DNA of 64,000 bases. It comes from an uncultured Microthrixaceae bacterium (lineage in GTDB: Bacteria > Actinomycetota > Acidimicrobiia > Acidimicrobiales > DATDAH01). Made by a program: the position numbers and the translations under genes. The DNA lies in NCBI GenBank assembly GCA_964635055.1, contig CAZWMT010000020.1, positions 25,145 through 89,144 of the forward strand. The letters run 5' to 3'. This document shows positions 23,360-32,883 of this stretch, piece by piece (the first letter of the stretch is position 1; each line of letters opens with the position of its first letter). The notes under the pieces are model-generated. The model did no database searches and had not been told where the DNA came from. It saw nothing but the letters and a program-made list of their open reading frames with translations.

Positions 23360-24478
23360 TCAGGCGGCCACGAGCGGCCGCTTCGGCGCGAGGGTGAGCG
23401 CCCGGCAGCCCTCGGCGGTGACCACGACGGTGTCTTCGACCCGCACCCCACCGTGCTCGGGCAGGTAGACGCCGGGTTCGACGGTGACGACGTGGCCAGC
23501 GACGAGCGTAGCAGTGGCCGTCGCCGCCACCCGTGGGTCCTCGTGGATCTGCAGCCCGACACCGTGGCCGGTCCCGTGCACGAACGCGTCCGCCCAACCG
23601 GCGTCGCCGATCACCGCCCGGCACGCCGCGTCGACGAGCGAGGTGCCGACACCGGCCCGCACGGTGTCGACCCCGGCTTGCTGGGCCTCGGCCACGACGT
23701 CGAGCATGCGCTGTTGGGTGACCGACGGCTCACCCACCATGAGCGTGCGGGTCATGTCCGAGCAGTACCCGTCCACCAAGGCCCCGAAGTCGACGACCAC
23801 CAGGTCGCCGGGGCGCACCTGGCGGTCGCCCGGCCGGTGATGGGGCTTGGCCCCGTTCGGCCCCGAGGCGACGATGGTCTCGAACGAGGTGCCCTCGGCG
23901 CCGAGGCGGCGGATCGCCGTGTCGAGCGCCAGCCCGAACTCCCGCTCGGTGGGACCGTCGAGCAGCAGGCCCCGCACCTCGGCCAGCGCGGCGTCGGCGA
24001 TCTGGGCGGCCCGTTCGATGCGGGCCACCTCGCCCCCGTCCTTCACGGCGCGCAGCGCCTCGACCAGGCCCTCGGTGGGCACCAGCTCGGCGTCGGGGAA
24101 CCACTCGGCGGCGTAGGAGCGCTGCTGTGCCCAGGTGACCGCGCCGGCCTCGAGGCCGAGCCGGGCGATGCCTGCGGCGCCGGCCTGCAGCAGGTCGCGC
24201 TGACCCACGCCCGAGATCTCGATGCGGGCATCCACCCCGGCGGCGGCCAACTGCTCGGCCGCCTGCTCGGCGTAGCGGCCGTCGGACACGAACAGCAGGT
24301 CACCGGGGCGCACGAGCAGCAGCCCTGCCGACCCGGTGAAGCCCGTGAGGTAGCGGATGTTCACCAGACTGGTGACGAGCAGGGCGTCGCAGCCGGCCTC
24401 GGCGAAGGCCGGCACCAACCGGGCCACGCGCTCGGCCACGGCCATGGGCGGCAGCGACCCGCCGGCGACGTCAGCCAC
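23360..24478 (-). CDS. pepQ: Xaa-Pro aminopeptidase (M24B)
   Basis: [48 protein letters not shown]. Confidence 0.9.
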   Translation of the reverse strand: MADVAGGSLPPMAVAERVARLVPAFAEAGCDALLVTSLVNIRYLTGFTGSAGLLLVRPGDLLFVSDGRYAEQAAEQLAAAGVDARIEISGVGQRDLLQAGAAGIARLGLEAGAVTWAQQRSYAAEWFPDAELVPTEGLVEALRAVKDGGEVARIERAAQIADAALAEVRGLLLDGPTEREFGLALDTAIRRLGAEGTSFETIVASGPNGAKPHHRPGDRQVRPGDLVVVDFGALVDGYCSDMTRTLMVGEPSVTQQRMLDVVAEAQQAGVDTVRAGVGTSLVDAACRAVIGDAGWADAFVHGTGHGVGLQIHEDPRVAATATATLVAGHVVTVEPGVYLPEHGGVRVEDTVVVTAEGCRALTLAPKRPLVAA

Positions 24479-24923
24479 CGGATCGGCTCAGCAGCTCGGC
24501 GACCGCATCGACGGCCAACCGGTAGCCGTTCCCGCCGAACCCCTGGATCGTTCCGGTGGCCACGGGGGCCACCACCGACGTGTGGCGCCACGCCTCGCGG
24601 GCGTTTGGGTTCGACAGGTGGAGCTCGACCACCGGGCCGTCGAACGCGGCGAGGGCATCGTGCAGCGACCATCCGTAGTGGGTGATGGCCCCGGCGTTGA
24701 CGATGATCGCCGCCGCCCGGCCCCGGGCGCCGTGCACCGCGTCGACGAGGTCACCCTCGGCGTTGCTCTGCAGGTGCTCCAGCTCGAGGCCGTGGACCTC
24801 GGCACGCGCCCGGGCCGTGGCCACGTGATCGTCCAGCGTGGCCGTGCCGTAGACCGCGGGCTCGCGCTCGCCCAGGAGGTTCAGGTTGGGCCCCGAGAGC
24901 AGCAGGACCAGTGGCGCCGTCAT
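24471..24923 (-). CDS. aroQ: Type II 3-dehydroquinate dehydratase
   Basis: GPNLNLLGEREPAVYG, QSN.EG, ELHLSN. Confidence 0.96.
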   Translation of the reverse strand: MTAPLVLLLSGPNLNLLGEREPAVYGTATLDDHVATARARAEVHGLELEHLQSNAEGDLVDAVHGARGRAAAIIVNAGAITHYGWSLHDALAAFDGPVVELHLSNPNAREAWRHTSVVAPVATGTIQGFGGNGYRLAVDAVAELLSRSGG

Positions 24924-25936
24924 CGCCCTGCCCCGTCACGCCACGCACCGAGGACGGCCCGCACCACCTCGGCAGGCACCTGCTCGACGATGGCCACGCC
25001 ATCGGGCCCGTCGAGGGCGAAGGTCAATCCGTCGACGGCCTTCTTGTCCCGCTTCATCAGCTCCACCAACTCGTCCAGGTCGTGGCCGGGGTCGAGGCGG
25101 TCCGGCAGCCCGTACCCGACGACCACGGCCTCGTGCGCCGCGACACGGTCCGCGTCGATGCGCTCGAGGCGCTCGGCCAGCCGGGCGGCGAACACCAGCC
25201 CGATGGCGACCGCCTCGCCGTGGCGCAGGTCGTAGTGCCCGGCCGTCTCGAGGGCGTGAGCCAGGGTGTGGCCGTAGTTCAGCAGCGCCCGCCGACCGCC
25301 CTCGCGCTCGTCCTCGGCGACGATCTCGGCCTTGATCTCGACGCACCGGGCCACGCGCTCGTCGAGGGGCAGCGCCCCGAGGTCGTCGCCGGTGAGGAAG
25401 TGGTACTTCGCCATCTCGCCGAGGCCGCTGGCGTACTCGCGTGGCGGGAGCGTGTCGAGCACCTCGGTGTCGCACAGGACCGCCGCAGGCTGCCAGAACG
25501 CCCCGACCAGGTTCTTGCCCTCGGGGAGGTTGACGCCGGTCTTGCCCCCGATGGCGGCATCGACCTGGCCGAGCAGGGTGGTCGCCACGTGCACGACGGC
25601 GACCCCCCGGTGGTAGACGGCGGCGGCGAAACCGGCCGTGTCGGTGACCACGCCGCCCCCGACGGCGACCACCACGTCGCGCCGCGTAAGGCCCCACTGG
25701 GCGAACTGGCGGCACAGGTGCTCGACGGTCGCCAGGTCCTTGGCGGCCTCGCCCTCGTCGATGACGAAGGTGCGGTGCTCGACACCCGGGTCGACGGGGA
25801 CCCCGACGCCGGCCTGGGTGACCACCGCCGCCCGGCGCGACCCCGCCGGCAGCACGTCGGCCAGCCGATGGCGGGCGCCGGCGCCGACGAGGACCTCGTA
25901 GCGATGCTCGCCCAGCTCGACGGGGACGGTGATCAT
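24920..25936 (-). CDS. aroB: 3-dehydroquinate synthase
   Basis: GGGVVTDTAGF, TTLLGQVDAAIGGKTGVN, KNLVGAF, LNYGHT, HGEAV; ATG 25936 overlaps the aroK stop. Confidence 0.96.
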   Translation of the reverse strand: MITVPVELGEHRYEVLVGAGARHRLADVLPAGSRRAAVVTQAGVGVPVDPGVEHRTFVIDEGEAAKDLATVEHLCRQFAQWGLTRRDVVVAVGGGVVTDTAGFAAAVYHRGVAVVHVATTLLGQVDAAIGGKTGVNLPEGKNLVGAFWQPAAVLCDTEVLDTLPPREYASGLGEMAKYHFLTGDDLGALPLDERVARCVEIKAEIVAEDEREGGRRALLNYGHTLAHALETAGHYDLRHGEAVAIGLVFAARLAERLERIDADRVAAHEAVVVGYGLPDRLDPGHDLDELVELMKRDKKAVDGLTFALDGPDGVAIVEQVPAEVVRAVLGAWRDGAGR

Positions 25937-26469
25937 CGGCCGACCTCGACCGCGTAGGCCGCGAGCACGCACTCCGCCACCTGTTCGGTGGTCAGGTCGT
26001 CGACCACCACGACCGCGTCGGCCACCTCGTCGTACAGGGACCGCCGCTCCTCGGCGAGGCGCTGGAGCACCGGTTCGACGTCGTCGCCGAGCAGGGGACG
26101 ATGCCCGCCGGGGGTCAACCGCGCGGCCAGGGTCGCCACCGAGGCCGACAGCCAGATCACCGCGCCGGCGTGGCGCAGGCGCTCGCGGTTGGCGGGGTCG
26201 AGCACCGCACCCCCTGCGGCGGCGATGACGGCCGGCACCGGCCACGAGGCTGCGGCCACGACGGCGTCGGCCTCGTGCCGACGGAAGCCCGCCTCGCCCT
26301 CCTGCTCGAAGAGCTCGGCCACTGTGCGACCCGAGCGCTGCTCGACCAGTGCATCCGTGTCGAGCAGCGGGCGGTCGAGCGCCTCCGCGACACGCCGGCC
26401 CACCGACGTCTTGCCCGATCCCATCATGCCCACGAGCACGAGGTGGTCAGGTGCGAGGTGGTCAGGCAC
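25933..26469 (-). CDS. aroK: Shikimate kinase
   Basis: [27 protein letters not shown]. Confidence 0.95.
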   Translation of the reverse strand: MPDHLAPDHLVLVGMMGSGKTSVGRRVAEALDRPLLDTDALVEQRSGRTVAELFEQEGEAGFRRHEADAVVAAASWPVPAVIAAAGGAVLDPANRERLRHAGAVIWLSASVATLAARLTPGGHRPLLGDDVEPVLQRLAEERRSLYDEVADAVVVVDDLTTEQVAECVLAAYAVEVGR

Positions 26470-27643
26470 GCGCCGGGCCGGCCCCACCGTCCACCACGGC
26501 CAGGTACGCGTCGGCGTTGCGGACGAGCTCGGCCACCGAGTCGCCCCCGAACTTGCGGCACACCTCGTCGGCCAGCACCAGGGCCATCATGGTCTCGGCC
26601 ACCACCCCCATGGCGGGGACGGCAGTGACGTCGGTGCGCTCCTTGAACGAGACCGTCTCCTGCTTCGTCACCGTGTCGACGGTCTTCAGCGTCGGGCGGT
26701 TGAGGGTGGCCAGCGGCTTCATGGCCACCCGGGCGATCACCACCTCACCGGTGGAGATACCGCCCTCCACACCGCCGGCCAACGTCGACTCGCGCCGGTA
26801 GCGCTGGTCGTCCGCGTCCCAGGCGATGGGGTCGTGCGCCGCGCTCCCCCGTCGGGTGGCCACCTCGAAGCCGTCGCCGATCTCCACCCCCTTCACCGCC
26901 TGGATGCTCATGAGGGCCTGGGCCAGCAGCGCGTCGAGCTTGCGGTCCCAGTGCACGTGGCTGCCCAACCCGACGGGCACCCCGTAGGCCACCACCTCGA
27001 CCACGCCGCCGAGCGAGTCGCCGTCCTTGGACGCAGCCTTGATCTCGTCGATCATGGCCGCCTCGGCGTCCGGGTCGAAGCAGCGCACCGGCGACTCGTC
27101 GACCTGGTGGAGGTCGGCCGGCTCGGGTCGGGCGGATGCCTTCGACTCGACCGGGCCGATGGCGACGACGTGCGAGACGATCGAGATGCCCAGCTCGGAC
27201 AGGAGGCGCTTGGCCACGGCCCCGGCCGCCACCCGAGCCGCGGTCTCGCGGGCCGAGGCCCGCTCGAGCACGTTGCGGGCGTCCGTGAAGCCGTACTTCT
27301 GCATGCCGGCGAGGTCGGCGTGACCGGGGCGGGGCTGGGTGAGCGGCGCGGCGGTCTCGCCGGGGGCGGGCGACATCTCCTCCTCCCACTTGCGCTCCCA
27401 CTCGGTGTTGCCGATCTCGATGGCGACCGGTGAGCCGAGCGTGCGGCCGTGGCGGATGCCGCCGAGGAGGCGCAGCTCATCCTGCTCGAAGCGCATGCGC
27501 GGCCCGCGGCCGTAGCCGAGGCGCCGGCGGGAGAGCTCGGCCTGGATGTCGGCCGCGGTCACCTCGAGACCCGCGGGCAGGCCCTCGATCACGACCACGA
27601 GGGCCTGACCGTGCGATTCGCCGGCGGTGAGATAGCGCAACAT
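26462..27643 (-). CDS. aroC: Chorismate synthase
   Basis: [38 protein letters not shown]. Confidence 0.98.
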   Translation of the reverse strand: MLRYLTAGESHGQALVVVIEGLPAGLEVTAADIQAELSRRRLGYGRGPRMRFEQDELRLLGGIRHGRTLGSPVAIEIGNTEWERKWEEEMSPAPGETAAPLTQPRPGHADLAGMQKYGFTDARNVLERASARETAARVAAGAVAKRLLSELGISIVSHVVAIGPVESKASARPEPADLHQVDESPVRCFDPDAEAAMIDEIKAASKDGDSLGGVVEVVAYGVPVGLGSHVHWDRKLDALLAQALMSIQAVKGVEIGDGFEVATRRGSAAHDPIAWDADDQRYRRESTLAGGVEGGISTGEVVIARVAMKPLATLNRPTLKTVDTVTKQETVSFKERTDVTAVPAMGVVAETMMALVLADEVCRKFGGDSVAELVRNADAYLAVVDGGAGPARA

Positions 27644-27715
27644 CACCCCCGAGGTTAGTTAGCCGTGCCCCTGATCCCGCTGTCCGATGCGTCCGAGGCC
27701 GCCGCCCGCCCCAAC

Positions 27716-27827
27716 CGTCAGGCCCGGCGAGCCAGGGCCGCAGTAGCCACCGACCCGGGCGTCAGGGCCCGGCGAGCGAGGGCCGCCGTAGCCACCGACC
27801 CGGGTGTCAGAGTCCGGCGAGCGAGGG
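27716..27827. repeat. Intergenic tandem repeat, about 45-bp unit, about 2.5 copies
   Basis: Unit (c/t)gtcag(g)gcccggcgagc(c/g)agggccgc(a/c)gtagccaccgacccggg at 27716 and 27760, partial copy at 27805. Confidence 0.85.
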
Positions 27828-27876
27828 ACGAGCGAGCCCTGATGATGCGATGAGCCGCCAGGCGAAGAGCGAGGTA

Positions 27877-29211
27877 TCAGGCGTTCTTGGGGAGCTCCGC
27901 GAAGGGCAGGGTCTTGTCGTTGTTGGGCTCCTTGGGGAGGCCGAGGACCCGCTCGCCGATGATGTTGCGCTGGATCTGATCGGTGCCGCCGTAGATCGAC
28001 GGACCTTGGGCGAAGAGCGCGGTGCCGGTGACCATGGGCAGAAAGGGGTTGCCGGTGGCCTCTTCGATAGCGGAGCCGTCCTGGCCCTCGTAGGCGTGGA
28101 GCATCCCGCCGGCGCCCACGATGCGCAGGCCCACGTCGCGGGTGAGCCGCATCATCTCGCTCATCGAGAGCTTGGCGATGTTGGGGATCCCGGGGATGTC
28201 CTTGCCGGCGGCCTTCGCCGCCTTCAGGCGCAGGCCGTTGAAGCGGCCGAGCTCGCCAAGGGTGTGCAGGCGCACCAGGTCCTGGCGGATGAGCGGGTCG
28301 GACACCGTGCCGTTGCCCTTGGCCAGGTCGGTGAGCAGCTTGGTACCGGCGGCGATGGGGCTGGCGGCGCGCCGACGGCTGCGGCGCTTGGCCTCCTCGC
28401 CGTCCGCGCTGACGAAGTCACCGGCCCGGCGGGTGAGCTGGCCCATGACGGTGCCCGGGACGGCTGCGCTACCTGCGGCGCTGCCACCACCGGAGCCGAG
28501 GGTGGCGCGCTCGTGCATGAGCGTGGTGTTGGTGACGGCCCAGCCCTTGCCCAGGCCGCCGATGAGGGCGCTGTCGGCCACCCGGGCCTCGCTGAGGAAC
28601 ACCTCGTTGAACATGGCGTGGCCGGTCATCTCGCGCAGCGGCCGTACCTCGACGCCCGGCTGGTGCATCTCGATCGCGAAGTAGCTGATGCCCTGGTGCT
28701 TGGGCACGTCGGGGTCCGTGCGGGCGATGAGCATGCCGAGGTCGGCCACCTGGCCGGCCGAGGTCCAGACCTTCTGGCCCTCGACGATCCACTCGTCGCC
28801 GTCCCTTGTGGCCTTGGTGGTGAGGCCGGCGAGGTCGGAGCCCGCACCAGGCTCGCTGAACAGCTGGCACCAGCCCTGCTGGCCGGTGACGATGTCGCGG
28901 ACGTACTTGTCGATCTGCTCCTGGGTGCCGTGGGTGGCGATGGTGGGGGCCGCCAGCATCAGGCCCAGGCCGCCCGGGGCACCCAGCGCGCCGTGGCGCG
29001 CGATCTCGTCCTGGACCCGCACCACGTCGTTGCGGGCCAGGCCGCGGCCGTAGGCGTTGACGGGCAGCCCCGGCGCCGACCAGCCGGCCAACCCGAGCCG
29101 CTCCCACCACTCGCCCACGGTGAGGTCGGGATCCCAGTTCTCCTCGAGCCAGGCACCCAGCTCGTCGATCACGTCGGTCGTCGCCGCTTCGTCCTGTGTG
29201 GCGTTGGCCAT
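27877..29211 (-). CDS. Acyl-CoA dehydrogenase family protein
   Basis: WCQLFSEPGAGSDLA, GQKVWTS, FNEVF, IYGGTDQIQRNIIGERVLGLP; start ATG 29211. Confidence 0.93.
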   Translation of the reverse strand: MANATQDEAATTDVIDELGAWLEENWDPDLTVGEWWERLGLAGWSAPGLPVNAYGRGLARNDVVRVQDEIARHGALGAPGGLGLMLAAPTIATHGTQEQIDKYVRDIVTGQQGWCQLFSEPGAGSDLAGLTTKATRDGDEWIVEGQKVWTSAGQVADLGMLIARTDPDVPKHQGISYFAIEMHQPGVEVRPLREMTGHAMFNEVFLSEARVADSALIGGLGKGWAVTNTTLMHERATLGSGGGSAAGSAAVPGTVMGQLTRRAGDFVSADGEEAKRRSRRRAASPIAAGTKLLTDLAKGNGTVSDPLIRQDLVRLHTLGELGRFNGLRLKAAKAAGKDIPGIPNIAKLSMSEMMRLTRDVGLRIVGAGGMLHAYEGQDGSAIEEATGNPFLPMVTGTALFAQGPSIYGGTDQIQRNIIGERVLGLPKEPNNDKTLPFAELPKNA

Positions 29212-29383
29212 CAGATCCCCCGGGGAGTCGTGGTCCCGCCGGCCTTGGCGGGAGCGCCGCCGATCGTACGGCGGGTGCTCGGCGGGCGACCAGTTCCCGG
29301 CCACCCAACCTCAGCCGATGCGCGAGACGCGATCGTGTGTGCGGGCCGGCACAGCCGGCACGGGCCACCGGCCATGAGCAGGA

Positions 29384-30262
29384 TCAGGACGTCCCCAGGA
29401 GCTGCTGGCTGAACAGCACCGCGATCACGGTGGAGGCCGCCAGGGCCGGGCCGAACGGGAAGGCCGCGTTCTTGCGGCGCACCAGGGCCAGGCCGCCGCC
29501 GATCACCACCCCCAGCACGCACCCGATCATCAGCGCGAACAGGACGAGGGTCACCGCCCGAATGCCGTCGGGGGCGATCCAACCGATGAACAGGCCCATC
29601 AACAGGGCCAGCTTCACGTCGCCGAAGCCCATGCCGGCCGGGTACACGAGATGCGCGAGGAACAACAGGATGAAGTAGGTCGCCGCCCCGATGAGGGCGA
29701 ACGAGATCGACCTGGAGGCGCCCTCGACGAACGACACCACCACGATCAACGGCAGCGACAACGCCAGCGCGGGGAAGACCACCCGGTCGGGGATGCGGTA
29801 GCGCTCGATGTCGATCACCGAGACGACCAGGAGGGCCGAGAAGAGCACCAGGAACGGCACCACGACCCAACTGGCACCCCACCGGATGCCGGCGAGCGCG
29901 AACAGCGCCGGGGTGAGCACCTCCACGGTCAGGCCCACGGCGCGCGCCGACAGCTGCGCCCCTTCGGCCTCGTCATCGGAGTCGTCGGCGCCCTCGTCGT
30001 GGGCGCCCTCGTCGTCGGCGCCCTCGTCGTCGGCGCCCACGTCATCGTCGCCCGCGTCATCAGTGGGCCGGCGGGCGCTGACGACCGACGCGGCCACCTC
30101 CGACGGGCTGGCGCGGAGCCAGAAGAGGAGGGGTGGATGGGCGACCGGGCTGGGCCACGACACCGGCCGCTTGTCGGGCACCTGAGCCACCAGCACGCTC
30201 AGGAAGGGGCCCACCACCAAGCCGGCCAGCACACACCCCACGACCACGGCGACATCCGACAC
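29384..30262 (-). CDS. A24 prepilin peptidase-like protein with acidic repeat insertion
   Basis: IDIERYRIPD and GMGFGDVKL catalytic Asp motifs, FPFGPAL, multiple TM segments; no Cys-pair zinc cluster. Confidence 0.88.
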   Translation of the reverse strand: MSDVAVVVGCVLAGLVVGPFLSVLVAQVPDKRPVSWPSPVAHPPLLFWLRASPSEVAASVVSARRPTDDAGDDDVGADDEGADDEGAHDEGADDSDDEAEGAQLSARAVGLTVEVLTPALFALAGIRWGASWVVVPFLVLFSALLVVSVIDIERYRIPDRVVFPALALSLPLIVVVSFVEGASRSISFALIGAATYFILLFLAHLVYPAGMGFGDVKLALLMGLFIGWIAPDGIRAVTLVLFALMIGCVLGVVIGGGLALVRRKNAAFPFGPALAASTVIAVLFSQQLLGTS

Positions 30263-30305
30263 GTCCGGGACCGTACCGGCGACGGGGTTGGAGCCGGTCG
30301 ACCCG

Positions 30306-31967
30306 TCAGGTCTGGACCGACGAGAGGAACTTCAACAGCAGACCGCGGTTGATCGGCTCGTCGCCCTCGGACGTCACCTCGGCCAGCGCCGCCTCACGTT
30401 CCTCGACCGTCGACGCCCTGGCTGCGGCGGCCACGGCCCGGGCGGCCTTGGGGCTCAGGTTGGCCAGCTGCCGGGCCACCTCGGCGGCGTCACCCGAATC
30501 GTCGGCCTGGCCGTCGAAGCCCGACGTTCCCGGCGCGAACAGGCCATCGCTGCCGTTGAGACCCGAGGCCGGGGGCACCGACGTCACCACGTCGTTGGCG
30601 AACAACGCCGCCCCCGATGCCGTGGATGCGGGTGCGTCGTACGGCGATCCGTCTGCGCTCGACCCGCCGAAACCGCCGAGGCCCAGGTCGCCGGTGGCGC
30701 CCGGTGCGGCGAACGAGAAGGCCGGGTCCGCGCTGGGATCCGAGGAGAAGCCGTTCTCGAACCCGTTGTCGAAGCCGTTGCCCGCCCCGAAGTCGTCACC
30801 GCCGGAGAAGTCGCCGCCCGACGAGAACTCAGCGGTGGAGAACCCACCCTCCGTCCTGGCGTCGTCGGACGAGAACGCGCCGGGCGCGGCGAACTCCGGC
30901 GCCACGTCCTGCAGCCCGAAGCCGGATGCCATCGCGTCCAACTCGGCGCGGGCGCTCGAGGGGGGGTTGGCGACCGGCGGGTAGGCGGTCTCGGTGTCGT
31001 AGCCGCCCTCGGCCATCACGGCCTCGTCCGCGGTCAGGCCGGCATCGGGGGGCGTCCCGGCATCGGACGCGTATCCACCGTCGGGCGCGTACCCCGCGTC
31101 GCTCGCGTAGCCCGCGTCAGGCGCGTACCCGGCGTCGGTCGCGTACCCCGCGTCGGGCGCGTAGGCCCCGTCGACCGCATACTCCGTTCCCGGAGTGGAG
31201 GTGCTGCCAGCCACGTAGCCGCCATCAGGCGTGTATCCGGTGTCGACCCCTGGAGCAGCCTGATTCGGCTCAGGGTCGGACGGGTAGCCGGCGGAATCGC
31301 TCGACCCGGGCGAGCCGGCATCCGGCGGCGACCAGACGTCCATCGCGACGCCTGCGCTGTCGACCCCGGACGCGGGTTGCCCGTCGTCGGACGGCTCGGC
31401 GGCGTGGGTGCTCGCCACCAGCTCGGTGACGACCACGAGACCGGCCTCGACCAGCTCCTTTGCCCGGCGGCACGCGGCGAACTCGTCGAGATCGAGGGCG
31501 TCGGCGATCGACGCCACCGACCGGCCGTCGGCGACAGCCACCAAGGCCTTCCAGCGCTTGGCGTCGATGACCACGTCGTCACTCGGGAGCTCTCGTGCGA
31601 AGGTCACGCCGACCGCCAGCGACGGCACGACCGCTTCGATCTCCTGCCACTCACCGAGCTGGCGCTCGGCGTCGTGGAGCAGCACCTCCACATCCTGAGG
31701 TGTGGTGGGGTCGGCGTTCGACAGGTCGTCGTCGTCGAAGCTGAACGAGCCCTCGGCGAAGCGGAGCAGCTCGAACACCACGGCCACGGTCGAGGCCCCG
31801 TCGCGCACGCCCGTCGCGTCCGCGCCCACGACCTTGCCGCCGTCGATCCACACGCTGCCCGACCCGCGGTCGCCGCTCACGCGCAGGCGCCCGGTCTTGC
31901 CCCCCGTGCCCAGCAGACGGAGAACCTCGGGCAACGCAAACGTCTCGATCGTGCCCTGTAGTGCCAC
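30306..31967 (-). CDS. DUF4388 (PatA-N-like) domain protein with long low-complexity region
   Basis: MALQGTIETFALPEVLRLL...KTGRL...G.VW..GG.V...GSFSF N-terminus; acidic Gly/Ala-rich middle; helical C-terminus INRGLLLKFLSSV. Confidence 0.8.
   Translation of the reverse strand: MALQGTIETFALPEVLRLLGTGGKTGRLRVSGDRGSGSVWIDGGKVVGADATGVRDGASTVAVVFELLRFAEGSFSFDDDDLSNADPTTPQDVEVLLHDAERQLGEWQEIEAVVPSLAVGVTFARELPSDDVVIDAKRWKALVAVADGRSVASIADALDLDEFAACRRAKELVEAGLVVVTELVASTHAAEPSDDGQPASGVDSAGVAMDVWSPPDAGSPGSSDSAGYPSDPEPNQAAPGVDTGYTPDGGYVAGSTSTPGTEYAVDGAYAPDAGYATDAGYAPDAGYASDAGYAPDGGYASDAGTPPDAGLTADEAVMAEGGYDTETAYPPVANPPSSARAELDAMASGFGLQDVAPEFAAPGAFSSDDARTEGGFSTAEFSSGGDFSGGDDFGAGNGFDNGFENGFSSDPSADPAFSFAAPGATGDLGLGGFGGSSADGSPYDAPASTASGAALFANDVVTSVPPASGLNGSDGLFAPGTSGFDGQADDSGDAAEVARQLANLSPKAARAVAAAARASTVEEREAALAEVTSEGDEPINRGLLLKFLSSVQT
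31038..31182 (-). repeat. Coding 18-bp tandem repeat (GYAPDA-type hexapeptide, about 8 units)
   Basis: EYAVDG-AYAPDA-GYATDA-GYAPDA-GYASDA-GYAPDG-GYASDA-GTPPDA. Confidence 0.85.
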
Positions 31968-32025
31968 GGAGCAACCTCCAACGACTGATTGACTCCGGTT
32001 CCATCGGCACGGGGGGTGGAAAAGT

Positions 32026-32883
32026 TCAGTTCCCGGGCGAAGACCGTTCGACCAGCCCGGCGACCGCCCCCGCGGTCATCTCGGCGAGGGGCGCGGCCTC
32101 GCCGGTCCACCGCGAGAACGCGTGGGCGGCCTGGTGCACCAGCATGCCGAGGCCGTTGGCCACCGACGCCCCGTTCGCCGCGGCGTGCGCCAGGAGCGGC
32201 GTGATCGACGGGTGGTAGATCAGGTCGACCACCAGCTGGCCGGCCCCGAGGCCGACGCCGGGCAGCGGCGAGGCGTCGCCGGTCATGCCGACCGGCGTGG
32301 CGTTGACCACGAGGTCCGCATCGGCGGCCTCGGCTGCGGTTCCCACCCGCCCCACCGCTCCGGCCAGCGCGGCGGCTGCAGCGGCCGGGCCTGGCGACCG
32401 GTTCACCACCACCACCTCGGCCGCCCCGGCCCCCGCCAGGGCGAACACAGCCGCTCGGGCGGCGCCGCCGGCACCCACGACCACACACCGGCGGCCGGCG
32501 GGGTCGAAGCCCTCGTCGACCCGAAGCGAGTCGAGCAGGCCCGGTCCATCGGTGTTCTCCCCCACCAGTTCGTCCCCGACCGGCACCACGCAGTTCACCG
32601 CACCGAGCACCTCGGCATCCGAGGACAGCCGGTCGACCGCCCGGGCGGCGCCGTCCTTGTGCGGCATGGTGACCGACAGACCGCCCAGGCCGAGTGCCCG
32701 CACCGACTCGATCGCCGCCGCGGTGGCGGTGGGCGTCACCTCGAACCCCACGAAGACCCAGTCGAGCCCCAGCGCCGCGAACGCCGCGTTGTGGATCGCG
32801 GGCGAGAGTGAGTGCCGCACCGGCCAGCCGATCACCGCCGCGACCGTCGTGTCGCCACCGGGCCCGGCGGGCCCGCTCAGCAC
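32026..32883 (-). CDS. aroE: Shikimate dehydrogenase
   Basis: IGWPVRHSLSPAIHN, SVTMPHK, AVNC, NTDG, GAGGAARA, NGLGML; start trimmed to the GTG overlapping the mltG end. Confidence 0.95.
   Translation of the reverse strand: MLSGPAGPGGDTTVAAVIGWPVRHSLSPAIHNAAFAALGLDWVFVGFEVTPTATAAAIESVRALGLGGLSVTMPHKDGAARAVDRLSSDAEVLGAVNCVVPVGDELVGENTDGPGLLDSLRVDEGFDPAGRRCVVVGAGGAARAAVFALAGAGAAEVVVVNRSPGPAAAAAALAGAVGRVGTAAEAADADLVVNATPVGMTGDASPLPGVGLGAGQLVVDLIYHPSITPLLAHAAANGASVANGLGMLVHQAAHAFSRWTGEAAPLAEMTAGAVAGLVERSSPGN

Noticed and set aside
27716..27827. Possible CRISPR array
   Set aside because: Units are contiguous with no unique spacers, there are only about 2.5 copies, and no cas genes are present
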